Source: Girardia tigrina
Taxonomy: Eukaryota
DNA: 64,000 nt
Direction of reading: 5' to 3'
NCBI GenBank assembly: GCA_001938485.1
Contig: MQRK01182251.1
Span: 14,024 to 78,023, forward strand
A program made the position numbers and the translations under genes. Within the stretch, counting starts at the first letter, position 1. Each line of letters starts with the position of its first letter. Below, one piece after another: positions 56,901 to 64,000 of this stretch. The notes under the pieces are model-generated. The model did no database searches. It saw nothing but the letters and a program-made list of their open reading frames with translations, and was not told the DNA's origin.

Positions 56901-59900
56901 TTGGTATTTTGTTTAATAAATCAATGTGGTTTGATGTGGATAATCTCGAGAAGAAAATGTTGTTACCTTTATCATCAGCATATCAAATTAGATGATCATT
57001 TTCCACGGTGCAAATATTCTGACAAACATTTGTTATAATATGGAAGTTGAAAAGAGAACTTCAGTAGCGACTTTCTTTCATCAGAAAGAATATTAAGACT
57101 ATCTGAAAAAGTCATCAGTCACAGTCTTCTGATAATTGATGCTGTAAGATTTATAAGTATAATTTATAAGATTTTAATTCTCAACTTTTAAATAATTATT
57201 AATGTTATTAAATTTAGATATCTATATTTATAATAAACTGTTAAAAATAGAACTACAAAAAAACCTTTTGGGAGAATTCAAAAATTGTAAATTAATAAAT
57301 TATTTTCATACAATCGTATATTTTCTTTATTTAAATGTCGGAAGAGTCAGGAGACATTTATACGACCAATATCGTTCCTAACAGATGCAATAAACGAAAT
57401 TTTTCTGCTGTAGTTGATTTGTATGATACATGTAAGTAAGTTTTATATTTTAATAAATATTTTCTATATTTTTTATAATTGTTATTTCATTTATCAAAAA
57501 GAAACACATTATTCATGGTGTCAGAACATTTTTTTCATATCGAAGGTGGATAAATCATTATTAAGGAATCATTATTAGGAACCACTTTTATGTTTTTATG
57601 ATTTAAATGCTTGTGAAATATAAAGAATCAATTTACTTGTGTGAATTTGAAGACTATTTAATTTACTTGATCCACCCTTTTTATGCTATATTTAAATTAG
57701 TTTATTATTTAAAAAAAACTTAAAATTAAATTTGAAAAGTTCAAAATCAAACTTGAAACTCTGTAGCATAAATTTTATTTAGTATCATTCATCCGATTAA
57801 ACTCACTAAAAATACATATATTTTTATACATATATTAATTAATACTAATATTAATACTAATATTAATTAATATTAATTAATACATATATTACATATAGTT
57901 TTAATTACACAATCTTTACTTTATCAGAAAGTAATAGAAATCTTAGTGTTAGTGAAATTTTAGGATCCAAAAAATCTGACATATAGTTTTTCATTACTTG
58001 CGCTCTCCCACCCTATTTAACACATTGACTGCTGTTGACATCATGTACCGAACGTCTGCTACGCGCGCTACGCGTGGGACAAAAAAGTTTACTGCCGCGC
58101 CTTTTTAGCATTTAACACATTGAATGCTGAGTACGAGATATCTCGTACTTAGCGTCTTAGTAATGTAAGTCAAAGTACGAGATATCTCGTACTCAGCATT
58201 CAATGTGTTAAATTTATAAAGAAGGAACTGTATTTTTTCATATTTGTTTCCTTTAATGAAACCTAACAGGATTATCATAAGTTGATTTATTAGTCTGTAA
58301 TCCTAGAAGGCACTGTTTGATACAGTAAGCAGGTTGCCCTAGACATTGACTGATGGTAGTAGATTCATGTCTGTGGATTTGCATCCCATTTTATTGATAA
58401 TCTCAATAAATTGTTTAGTCATTTTATGCATATTTTTATTTATAAAATCGTTAATAATTCAGATCGAAAATTGGAAGTTTGTAGGTGGTGTAATAATTTT
58501 TAAAATTATAGGAAGAATGTCTCTTGTGAGGCATTAATGATCAAATCACATATTCCATCGATTAGTGTTCAAACAAGCATCTTACATTTTGTTGAAAGTA
58601 TTTAATGAGCTATTAAAAAGATTAATTGTATTATCACTAGGGATGTACCGGTTTTCGGCACCGGCACCGGCAAACCGGTAATACCGGGTATTTTCAAGCA
58701 CCGAAACCGGCAAATTTTGCCGGTTTTTGCCGGGTTTTTTTCCGGTTTTGAAAAAATAAATGTTACTCGCTATGAATATAAATATAATGAAAAATATTAT
58801 TTTCGAACGAAAAATTTGGAAAAAAGTCTTTTTACTTAAATAATATATTTGTTTAAATATTCATTTATTATTATCACGTTTAAAATTACTATTCAAATTA
58901 TTACACTATGAGTTTCAAAAATAAGACAAGTCATGTCGTGCAATTTTATACAGTATGTTCAAATGCGTCTCACATCGCAAGATGTAATATCTGTCATACG
59001 AATATACTACGTGGTCAAGCTGGAAATACTAGAAATTTCAGTACTTCAAATCTAATTTCTCATATACGAAGTAGACACCCAAATGAATACATCAACATAC
59101 AGCATCCTACGTCACATCCAATTGCTTTCTCTGAAAACTGTCCTTCAATTCCAACAAATACCAGTAGTTCTCAACAAACTTTGGAAGTATTAAGAAAATT
59201 AATTGGGTTTTCTTTACATTTATTTATATCAAAATTTGGATTTTCACTACATCAATTCTCCGTAAACATCGCTACTTTTCTGAGTTTGTAGCTACACAAG
59301 CTAAAGATAACCTTCTTCTTGTTTTTACACTTTAGTGTCTAAATGAAAACACTACAAACGTGGAGCATTTATTTGAGTTTAATAAATGTTAATAAATGTT
59401 ATTGCTCTTGACAAGGACAGCAGTATCATACTATACAATGCTGAAATAACCAACAATGAATAACGCTTCTTACACTCGGCAAGAACAAACAGCCTGTCGA
59501 ATAACTTCATCCTATGAAAAATAAGGGCAAAGACCCTCTGCAGTGCATGTGGCTTAAGTACAGAGACATAACTCCATGTTTTCCGTCTCTGTAGGCGAAA
59601 TAGTCCGATGATTATAGGTCGACATAATACCATAATGAACATTGTCATGGAGGTTCTAAATACAGATAAGCCAATCTTATCAATCAAAACCTACCAGCAA
59701 TGCGAATTCAACCAAGACAGAATATATCTTCAGCTATACAACTGTGAAAGTAAAGGTCTCTGGTTGATCAACATCAAAACACCCTACGACACAAACAAAC
59801 TGTTTTCAAACGCCAGATCAGAGAATGAGAAAAAATACGAATACCTAAAGAAAGAAGCTAAACAGATCATTCGAAGATGGACGATTCAATTAGGGACTAT

Positions 59901-61482
59901 TGTCGTTGGATGTCAGGGCTCATGGTCAGAAGGGAATAACAAAATCATCAACACATTGAAAATATCACCTACAGGAATGAAGAACCTAAAGCGAATGTGT
60001 CTCATATGTAATGTGAAATTTGCCACATCAACGTGAAGCAAACACAATACAGGTCATAGGAACACAATGATCAACGAATAAACCAGAAAATACTAAACAT
60101 GTTAGAGCGACTCTAGCTCTACTTGTTCAAACGATATCTAGATGACTACTTGAATTGTTTATAATAGACTTCGTTTTTTATTCAGTGGAATATTATTCGT
60201 GATATCCGCATTTATATTTTTGGTGTTTATCTTTGATAATGCTTGAATTAACCTTTCAATCTCAATAAAACATTGCTTTTGGTATGACCATTTTACAAAT
60301 AAAAAGATACTGTTTTCCACAGTGATGAAAAAGGTCAATTTGGTCTAAGATTATCTCAATTTTTAACTGTTTCAAATAACATCAAATCCATTAATATTTA
60401 ATTCAACCTATACTGTTATAAATATTATTAAAAATATGTGATTTATCAGAGTGTTATTTAGAAATTATGAATAATTTTCATTTGAATGCAGAAATAAAGT
60501 CGTACCTTTTAATAAATCTGGATAGTTGTTCTTAATAAAATCAGTTCCAAGCTTGTAATAGACAAACAAGAGTTTGCCATACCATTCGGTGCACTTCCTA
60601 TGAACTGTCAGTAAGAACTTGATAATCGCTAAGAGATCATAAAATATGTTATAAGACAATCGAAAATACAAAAAATAAAGGAAATTATGCAGTTTCTCAC
60701 ACCCATCTTTTTGATAAAAATCGAAATCTATTAAATTAAACAATACTAAAGATTTTTTGAAAACTCACATCTGAACAACTTTTATTGTATTTTTTATAAG
60801 ATGGAATCAAAAACAGAGGGCCCAAAGTCGAGAATTAAACTTTGGTGTGAAAACATGTTTGTCTATTGGATGACTTTCATCTAAGACCTTTGCAAAAAAT
60901 AATCCATCTTAAGGAAGAGATCAAATTACTGGAAAAACCATTTGGAAAAAAGAATGATAGAAGATTATTTTCAACATAACGAAACATGGTTTTATGATCT
61001 TGTATCATATATTAGTGCACATGTGATGTTTTGATTTAGACTTACATTTCTGGCTGCTTTCAAGATACGTCTCTCGACGAGCTCACTGCACAGTATCTAA
61101 TAGCTTACGACGTCATGTTGTCTCTCACACGATGAAGTTTTTCTTCAAATACACTTAGTCGATCGTATGCGCACAATTGACGAGGATAAAAACAATTTTA
61201 AGTAATTAGACGTCAATAGATAATCTCTTCAACTTTGCCAATGAAGTATGCAAATATCTTTTCGGAATATTTTCTGAAGACATGGCTTAATTAACAGAGG
61301 CTGTAAAATCTGTTAAAAATCTAAATCTTCCGATCTCTATTCCTTAGAGTCTTACTCAAAATCCAGTAGTCGAAGCCTTAGATTAATGTATTTGGAGTAA
61401 GATGACAGCGTAGATTTATCACAAAAATAAACTACCTAGATTTCAGAATTTTTGTAAGACAGTGATTGCATATGACTGTGAT

Positions 61483-61526
<44 letters not shown>

Positions 61527-61941
61527 CGCTTACTGAAAACAAGTAGCACAGGTATATAAGTCAGCATGACTAATACATTCATACATGTAAATCCCTTATT
61601 CTAAGGGTAAGAATCTTTATCAAAATGTTACGTAACTTTAGTGGACCTATATATTATTAAGGGACTGCATAAGTTCCACAAAATTATATTATACTGTTTT
61701 TTTCGCCATGCTCCCTCAGATACGCCTGTAATTCGTCATGCTCATAATCGTCGATCAAACGGATAACTCTGCACTGGTGTAGCACCGGATCACTGAGAAA
61801 AAAATTTATGTGCTCCTCCACCTCTGTCCTAAATAACTTCCTTGTAGCGAAAAACCTCCTTCGCATCTCTTTCGCCTCCTCATTGTCATACAAAAAAGTT
61901 TTGATCCAATCCGATGTTTCTGTTTTATCAATATTACTCAT
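1937..61941 (-). CDS. RIG-I-like receptor (RLR; DDX58/IFIH1/DHX58 family) DECH-box RNA helicase with three N-terminal CARD-like modules; 25 exons, 3' end outside window
   Basis: Manually spliced exons (minus): 61941-61695, 60628-60506, 56593-56510, 56455-56429, 48868-48644, 47629-47507, 42070-41987, 41932-41906, 38540-38331, 35077-34955, 33400-33317, 33270-33220, 33171-33100, 30138-30073, 30023-29991, 29939-29766, 29719-29586, 26721-26483, 19152-18866, 13295-13200, 13152-12977, 9531-9393, 2758-2369, 2326-2169, 2119-1937. All introns GT-AG and phases match. Motifs: Q (RKYQEELA), I (SPTGSGKT), Ia (LVHRIALVEQQ), II (DECH), III (GLTAS), IV (IIVFVRER), V ([10 protein letters not shown]), VI (QSRGRARA), then pincer and CTD CxxC. 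Helicase part high confidence; joining of all N-terminal exons is inferred. Confidence 0.88.
2169..2758 (-). CDS. RLR exons 23-24: Hel2 domain (motifs IV-VI) and pincer
   Basis: PENPSLKCL..., [44 protein letters not shown]|RARA across a 42-nt intron (2327-2368), KENINKYRESMMYRAI. Confidence 0.95.
3420..5335 (-). mobile_element. Tc1-family transposon, full length, degenerate transposase
   Basis: TIRs CAGTATGATTCA(T)AAGTCTGTTCACCCCCT with TA TSD; transposase pieces ISKSTVERIL..KPF, FSDE, FQQDLAP, WPGNSPD. Confidence 0.9.
6780..8493 (-). mobile_element. hAT (ZBED/Ac-like) transposon remnant
   Basis: TAGGGATGCA terminus at 8493, CCGG-rich subterminal repeats, DIWT..YISLTAH and SSLAHTLQL motifs, PPTSVPSER dimerization motif near 7100. 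Confidence 0.8.
8600..9350 (+). mobile_element. pogo/Tc2-like DDE transposase remnant
   Basis: Fragmented frames SGN..MSKSSFRHFSKEYLIPF..ILDDW and FQSLGLYFHQ.K. Confidence 0.5.
9393..9531 (-). CDS. RLR exon 22: Hel2i insertion domain
   Basis: AFVRALMVNHLFRAVDAVKLI... matches the RLR Hel2i helix pattern; phase 0 to 1 exactly bridges the neighbouring exons. Confidence 0.85.
10480..12320 (+). mobile_element. Tc1-family transposase remnant interrupted by N gap, (TA)n and a solo LTR
   Basis: WSNVVF.NEKRF.LD, QDNCTVH, PDLNIIEHVW, VIKTFYDNYMKRL fragments. Confidence 0.7.
11838..12236 (-). mobile_element. Solo LTR (TGTGAGG family)
   Basis: Inserted in the Tc1 coding frame with GTTA duplicated on both sides; homologous to 49969-50210 and 21221-21594; partial copies near 10250-10350 and 47325-47430. 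Confidence 0.65.
12977..13295 (-). CDS. RLR exons 20-21: Hel1 end and Hel2i start
   Basis: EILKPNPRTKDDFDIELQKQM...|MRDYFPKDPG...HQKYQGFV...ITNYLN; 47-nt intron 13153-13199; GTAAGT donor at 12976. Confidence 0.85.
13683..13869. mobile_element. pogo/Tigger-type MITE related to 422-638
   Basis: Imperfect TIRs CCGTATTATCGCGCATATA / TATCTGTGCGATAATACGA flanked by TA. Confidence 0.7.
17270..17720 (+). mobile_element. Non-LTR retrotransposon (RTE-like) RT C-terminal fragment
   Basis: VTEFNYF...IKERIKKGR..., KKVLIKSCIFPIVYYGSENW...KLEALHNACTR. Confidence 0.75.
18866..19152 (-). CDS. RLR exon 19: Hel1 motifs II (DECH) and III (GLTAS)
   Basis: FSLILFDECHNCDKKHPYNKIM...PQIIGLTAS...LCANLD; GTGAGT donor. 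Confidence 0.96.
21221..22000 (+). mobile_element. LTR retrotransposon 5' end: LTR, PBS and degenerate gag
   Basis: LTR begins TGTGAGG at 21221; PBS-like TGGTGACCAC at 21595; DLEDFIDNFERHSEIM gag-like fragment. Confidence 0.6.
22150..23130 (-). mobile_element. Gypsy-like gag remnant with PBS and zinc knuckle
   Basis: AACA followed by TGGCGACCAT (23130-23121); GPDIFDWDNARLETFIKDFDRY; IICWACNKVG knuckle near 22430. Confidence 0.7.
23917..24000. repeat. Minisatellite, about 23-bp unit, 3-4 copies
   Basis: Repeated TTTTTAATATAATAAAGCATAC. Confidence 0.85.
24180..25010 (-). mobile_element. pogo-like DDE transposase remnant
   Basis: FEASKSWIYKF, NFDQ...FE.KP..TI..KG, ILDSYP, PLNVSVNQSFQ fragments. 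Confidence 0.65.
26483..26721 (-). CDS. RLR exon 18: Hel1 motifs Ia/Ib (not in the ORF track)
   Basis: EHLNANTNGKVAFLVHRIALVEQQCNQF...LSG...DLFVLTSDILKNAL; AG acceptor, GTAAGT donor, phase 0 to 2. Confidence 0.93.
27959..28546. mobile_element. Non-autonomous TIR element with about 15-bp subterminal repeats (MULE-like, tentative)
   Basis: Imperfect inverted ends CGGT...GACAATTC.ACAC; 15-bp repeats at 28450-28540; flanks ttttaaa/ttttgaa. Confidence 0.55.
29062..29148. repeat. Exact tandem duplication of about 43 bp
   Basis: TCAATAGCTGCCCAGATCGATCATATTCTTTCAGACTGATTTC twice. Confidence 0.9.
29586..30138 (-). CDS. RLR exons 14-17: acidic linker, Q motif and Walker A
   Basis: Four exons split by 49, 51 and 46 nt introns; DDEKYDDSDDSDDD linker then LVMRKYQEELAKKGIEGQNVLICSPTGSGKTVVAVKIVE. 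Confidence 0.9.
30810..31340 (+). mobile_element. Probable 5' fragment of an R2/NeSL-like non-LTR element; related copy near 26280-26395
   Basis: GC-richer island with a degenerate C2H2-like KFQCPF...H..KFH; about 100 bp homologous to 26290-26390. Confidence 0.4.
32243..32878 (+). pseudogene. GFPT: Glutamine--fructose-6-phosphate aminotransferase (GFAT) glutaminase-domain fragment, intronless, truncated
   Basis: RLEYRGYDSVGIA, GIAHTRWATHG, NSHPHRSDPNNEF, HNGIITNY, ETDT, LEGSFA..FKS..FPGE; ATG TGA where the Met-Cys-Gly start is expected; no SIS domains. Confidence 0.9.
33100..38540 (-). CDS. RLR CARD-like module 3 (exons 38540-38331, 35077-34955, 33400-33317, 33270-33220) plus linker exon 33171-33100
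   Basis: LNESILFKAREMKLITDAKMDSLLNIYKKKRKY|AKVEFLLAVMNNSDNWYGKLLQIF aligns with modules 1 and 2; identical exon lengths 123 and 84 nt; all phase 1. Confidence 0.78.
33996..34200 (-). mobile_element. gag remnant with PBS
   Basis: TGGCGACCAC at 34180-34171 followed by PTIFDGHNDLEQFITDCNRFF, similar to the 22877-23130 gag. Confidence 0.6.
35330..36070 (-). mobile_element. Tc1 transposase remnant
   Basis: WPGNCPDLNPI, WSMMST...CI fragments. Confidence 0.6.
36220..37200 (-). mobile_element. hATm-like transposase remnant
   Basis: VLH*DGKLLP..DRLAII, DDYRELFKLTMIFLGG, HIRWMAKAIY motifs. Confidence 0.6.
37512..38213 (-). mobile_element. Internally deleted Tc1 element carrying a captured host exon (Pack-TIR-like)
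   Basis: 28-bp TIRs CC(A/C)TGCCCTACCAAAAGTCTTT(T/G)GTCAG flanked by TA; FQHD..H...WMPQSLDLNPIE; 38016-38118 is the reverse complement of 33277-33379. Confidence 0.85.
38791..40135 (+). mobile_element. mariner (Mos1-like) transposon, about 1.3 kb, in-frame stop at 39304, internal N gap
   Basis: TIRs TT(A/G)GGTGTACAACTAATTAATTTCGTATTT, TA TSD; WVPHEL, HHDNA, HPPYSPDIAPSDY. Confidence 0.95.
41185..41780 (+). mobile_element. mariner remnant (3' half), duplicated with the CARD module; longer copy 54540-56300
   Basis: HHPPYSPDIIPTDYHF motif; near-identical copy at 55705-56300. Confidence 0.75.
41906..48868 (-). CDS. RLR CARD-like module 2 (exons 48868-48644, 47629-47507, 42070-41987, 41932-41906)
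   Basis: Open frames; VLHQCRVIGLIDDYEHDELHAYLREHGEKN|TVIKFLLTVQRKCTDWYGKLL resembles the RLR CARD pattern (E..Q....N.G...A...FL..L......W...L). Confidence 0.75.
42115..43299 (+). mobile_element. Chapaev3-like (CMC) transposon, internally deleted
   Basis: CACTGG...GTG ends; QLGFTKYNCFLCEWDSR, HIKLELMKNF, KIKEGIYVGPQI, LKIHLLDSHLD, ERFQQDI; absent from the paralogous site near 56635, implying a 3-bp TSD. Confidence 0.75.
43440..44030 (-). mobile_element. gag remnant with two CCHC zinc knuckles
   Basis: IICWTCHKE*HVRREC and KCNYCQRREHLRTQC. Confidence 0.7.
45405..47259 (+). mobile_element. Deleted mariner element hosting a nested transposon
   Basis: TIRs TTAGGTTGATGCAAAAGAAATGTCG with TA TSD; PHPPYSPDLSPTDYHLF at 46957-47163. 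Confidence 0.9.
45463..46798 (-). mobile_element. maT/DD37D-like Tc1-mariner element nested in mariner
   Basis: WSDEATFKLNGQVNRHN, FQQDGAPPHY, PPRSPELMPPDFFLW; imperfect TIRs. Confidence 0.82.
49969..50210 (+). mobile_element. Solo LTR fragment (TGTGAGG family)
   Basis: Homologous to the reverse complement of 11880-12236. Confidence 0.6.
52042..54470 (-). mobile_element. Ty3/Gypsy LTR retrotransposon pol (RT-RNase H-integrase), 5' truncated and frameshifted
   Basis: FGLCSAPATFQ, YLDD, DTDAS, integrase H..GH..C..C, SDN, PQSNGLVER in Gypsy domain order; polypurine tract 52050-52042 followed by TGTTA. Confidence 0.95.
56429..61941 (-). CDS. RLR CARD-like module 1 (exons 61941-61695, 60628-60506, 56593-56510, 56455-56429)
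   Basis: MSNIDKTETSDWIK...VLHQCRVIRLIDDYEHDELQAYLREHGEKN|TIIKFLLTVHRKCTEWYGKLL; candidate start ATG at 61941, or alternative phase-1 acceptor giving exon start 61919. Confidence 0.75.
58116..58207. mobile_element. piggyBac-like MITE (92 bp hairpin)
   Basis: TTAA on both sides; perfect TIR CACATTGAATGCTGAGTACGAGATATCTCGTACTT; another similar left end at 58021. Confidence 0.8.
58638..59190 (+). mobile_element. hAT transposon 5' end with BED zinc finger
   Basis: TAGGGATG terminus, ACCGG subterminal repeats, ARCNIC...STSNLISHIRSRHP. Confidence 0.85.
59300..60270 (+). mobile_element. R2/NeSL-like non-LTR retrotransposon 3' fragment (CCHC finger and restriction-like endonuclease)
   Basis: CSACG..ET..HV...C, RHNTI, KTPYD, EKKYEYL, IVVGCQGSW; AATAAA near 60265. 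Confidence 0.75.
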
Positions 61942-63419
61942 TAATAATATAAAAAATTGTACGCTCTTTATGAGACTAAAATGAACACTAAGAAAATAAT
62001 TGTATTACTTAATACATTTACATGGTAAAAGATAATATAGATGGGATAAATAAGCTTTGCTTTTCTAATCCTAATAACAGATCATCGTTTACGTGTTAGA
62101 TTTGAATTTAAAACTGAAATTTGATATTATTTTTAGTTATTATTGATGTTTATGTTCAATTTAATAAAATTATGATTTGCTTCAAAAGGTCTGATAATAT
62201 TGGTCATTGTGTTCAATGAATTGCTGAGGATTTATTTGATATAAGGGAACTCTAAAAGATTACATCAACTGTTGGAACTCTTTTAGGATAAGTAGGGACA
62301 ATTATTACTATTTTAAATAAACCTGGAGACTAAACTACCAAAATTCATATGTATATGAACACGTAAAATCATTTTTATTAATAATTTTAAAAATAAGTTA
62401 ACAAAGAACAACTCGACACGTAACGCAACAACAATAATATTTTTTAAACTTGTCTATGAATGATGCTGAATAACACTAATAAATCTTACTAACACAAATG
62501 AACCACAATCACAGTTCTCTGTTGCGAAAATTAAGAGCGTTATTTGTAAGATTGTTATCAATTCTCAGGTTTTTGAGTGATGGATTGTCCACAAGATTTA
62601 AACAGAATCTTTGGAGATATTAGGACTTTTGATTCGAGAATAAGTGTAGCGACTGTAATACAGGACGTTTCTTTTTCCGCAGACGGTAACTGGGAAGTAA
62701 ATGTTTTGTAATTTTATTCCATAAATTAAACAATCAATAGCGCATTGATTTTTTTTATTATTTTTATAATACTTTTATTAATTAATTTTAAATACATTAA
62801 ATGATGATCTTTGAATAATTTCAGGAAAAAAATATAATTTCGAATTGTGCTTGGCGAACAGATTGATAAAATAGAGCATCTTCATCTATCTCATTTTGAA
62901 AGCAGGATTTCAATGTTTAACAATACATTCCAGCAAACAATTTACAAATATTTACAATCTTCTTTTTCATCGAGATAATTCTTTGAGACACTTACAATAA
63001 TATTGAATTATAAATAATAAAAACCTATTTGTATTATAGATGAACTAATTTGATATTTTACGAGAATCTAAATATAGTTCTAAAATAATTTGAAGAAATT
63101 ATTATAAAAAAGTTAAATAATAAAAATTTTATTCGCATTCGAAAATTTGTTCTCTAATTCAAATTCGGACATCTGTTTTTCAATTCGAAAGAATTCGGAC
63201 ACTTAATAAAAATTAAAATATAAATATAAGTAATGAATTACTTTTAATTCAATAAGGATTATTTGTAAAAAACACATTTAGTTATTATTCTATAAATATT
63301 TGAATCGATTATATTTTCGTTTTTTTAATGTTTCGAGGAAAGAAAATTCGATACTTCAATGCGTGAGAAAGTATTTTTCATGCATGTTAAAGAATATAAG
63401 TAAAGGAAATTTTAAAAAT

Positions 63420-64000
63420 TTGAGAAATAAGTAAATCTATAGTGTTCGATAACATTAAAAAACTTTAAAAATTGAATTTGTCATCGCAAAAGAAATCTGG
63501 AAGACAGAAGTTGAATGTCGCTACTTAAAAGATGTGTTTGAAGAGGTTATTTTCTCAATACTGTTCAGGTAATAAACGAGATATAAAATATTCAAACAGA
63601 CATTTTTTTCTCCGTCCATATGTATACGTCGAATATATGAATTAAATTATTCATTCTACAAGGTGAGATTTTCTTACTGAAATATTAGTATGATGTAACA
63701 CTTCATTAGGCTAAAAACAAACCGTTTCTGACACCTATTCAAAAGAGACTTGAATGGGCCCATTATCATAGTAAATGGAGCCAAAATGATTGTAATAAAA
63801 CTTTTTTCAGACGAACCTCGATTTGAATTGTCTATGGGCCAAAATGGAAAATAAATCTTAAGAGTCATTATTATTGGACTGTTTAAACTGAACACTCAAA
63901 TTTCCATAGAGTGTAATGACTTGGGCTGTATGACAAACAAAGAACTTGGCATTCTTCACTTTATAGAGGATACAATGGACTCTACCAAGTATACCAAGAT
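63420..64000 (+). mobile_element. Tc1 transposase remnant running off the window
   Basis: FSDEPRFEL, SVMTW..MT.KELGILHFIEDTMDSTKY. Confidence 0.65.

Overview
Very AT-rich eukaryotic (animal-like) genomic DNA with several N gaps. Nearly the whole window is one minus-strand gene encoding a RIG-I-like receptor (RLR; RIG-I/MDA5/LGP2 family dsRNA sensor). I reconstructed it by hand as 25 GT-AG exons from 61941 down to 1937 (3555 nt, about 1185 aa, frame continuous at every junction). It has intact DECH-box helicase motifs, Hel2i, pincer and the first half of the Zn-binding CTD; the last CTD exon(s) apparently lie left of the window. The N-terminus carries three tandem CARD-like modules rather than the two of vertebrate RIG-I/MDA5. 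Each module is a cassette of phase-1 exons (A 225/225/210, B 123/123/123, C 84/84/84, D 27/27/51 nt). Modules 1 and 2 come from a recent intragenic duplication and differ mostly by amino-acid-changing substitutions. Introns are either 42-54 nt or kb-scale and full of decayed transposons (Tc1, mariner, maT-like, pogo, hAT, Chapaev3-like, piggyBac-like MITE, Gypsy pol/gag/solo LTRs, RTE-like and R2/NeSL-like LINE pieces). The introns also hold an intronless GFAT pseudogene fragment and a Tc1 element that captured an antisense copy of one of the host gene's own exons. All family assignments come from manual motif recognition; no searches were run.
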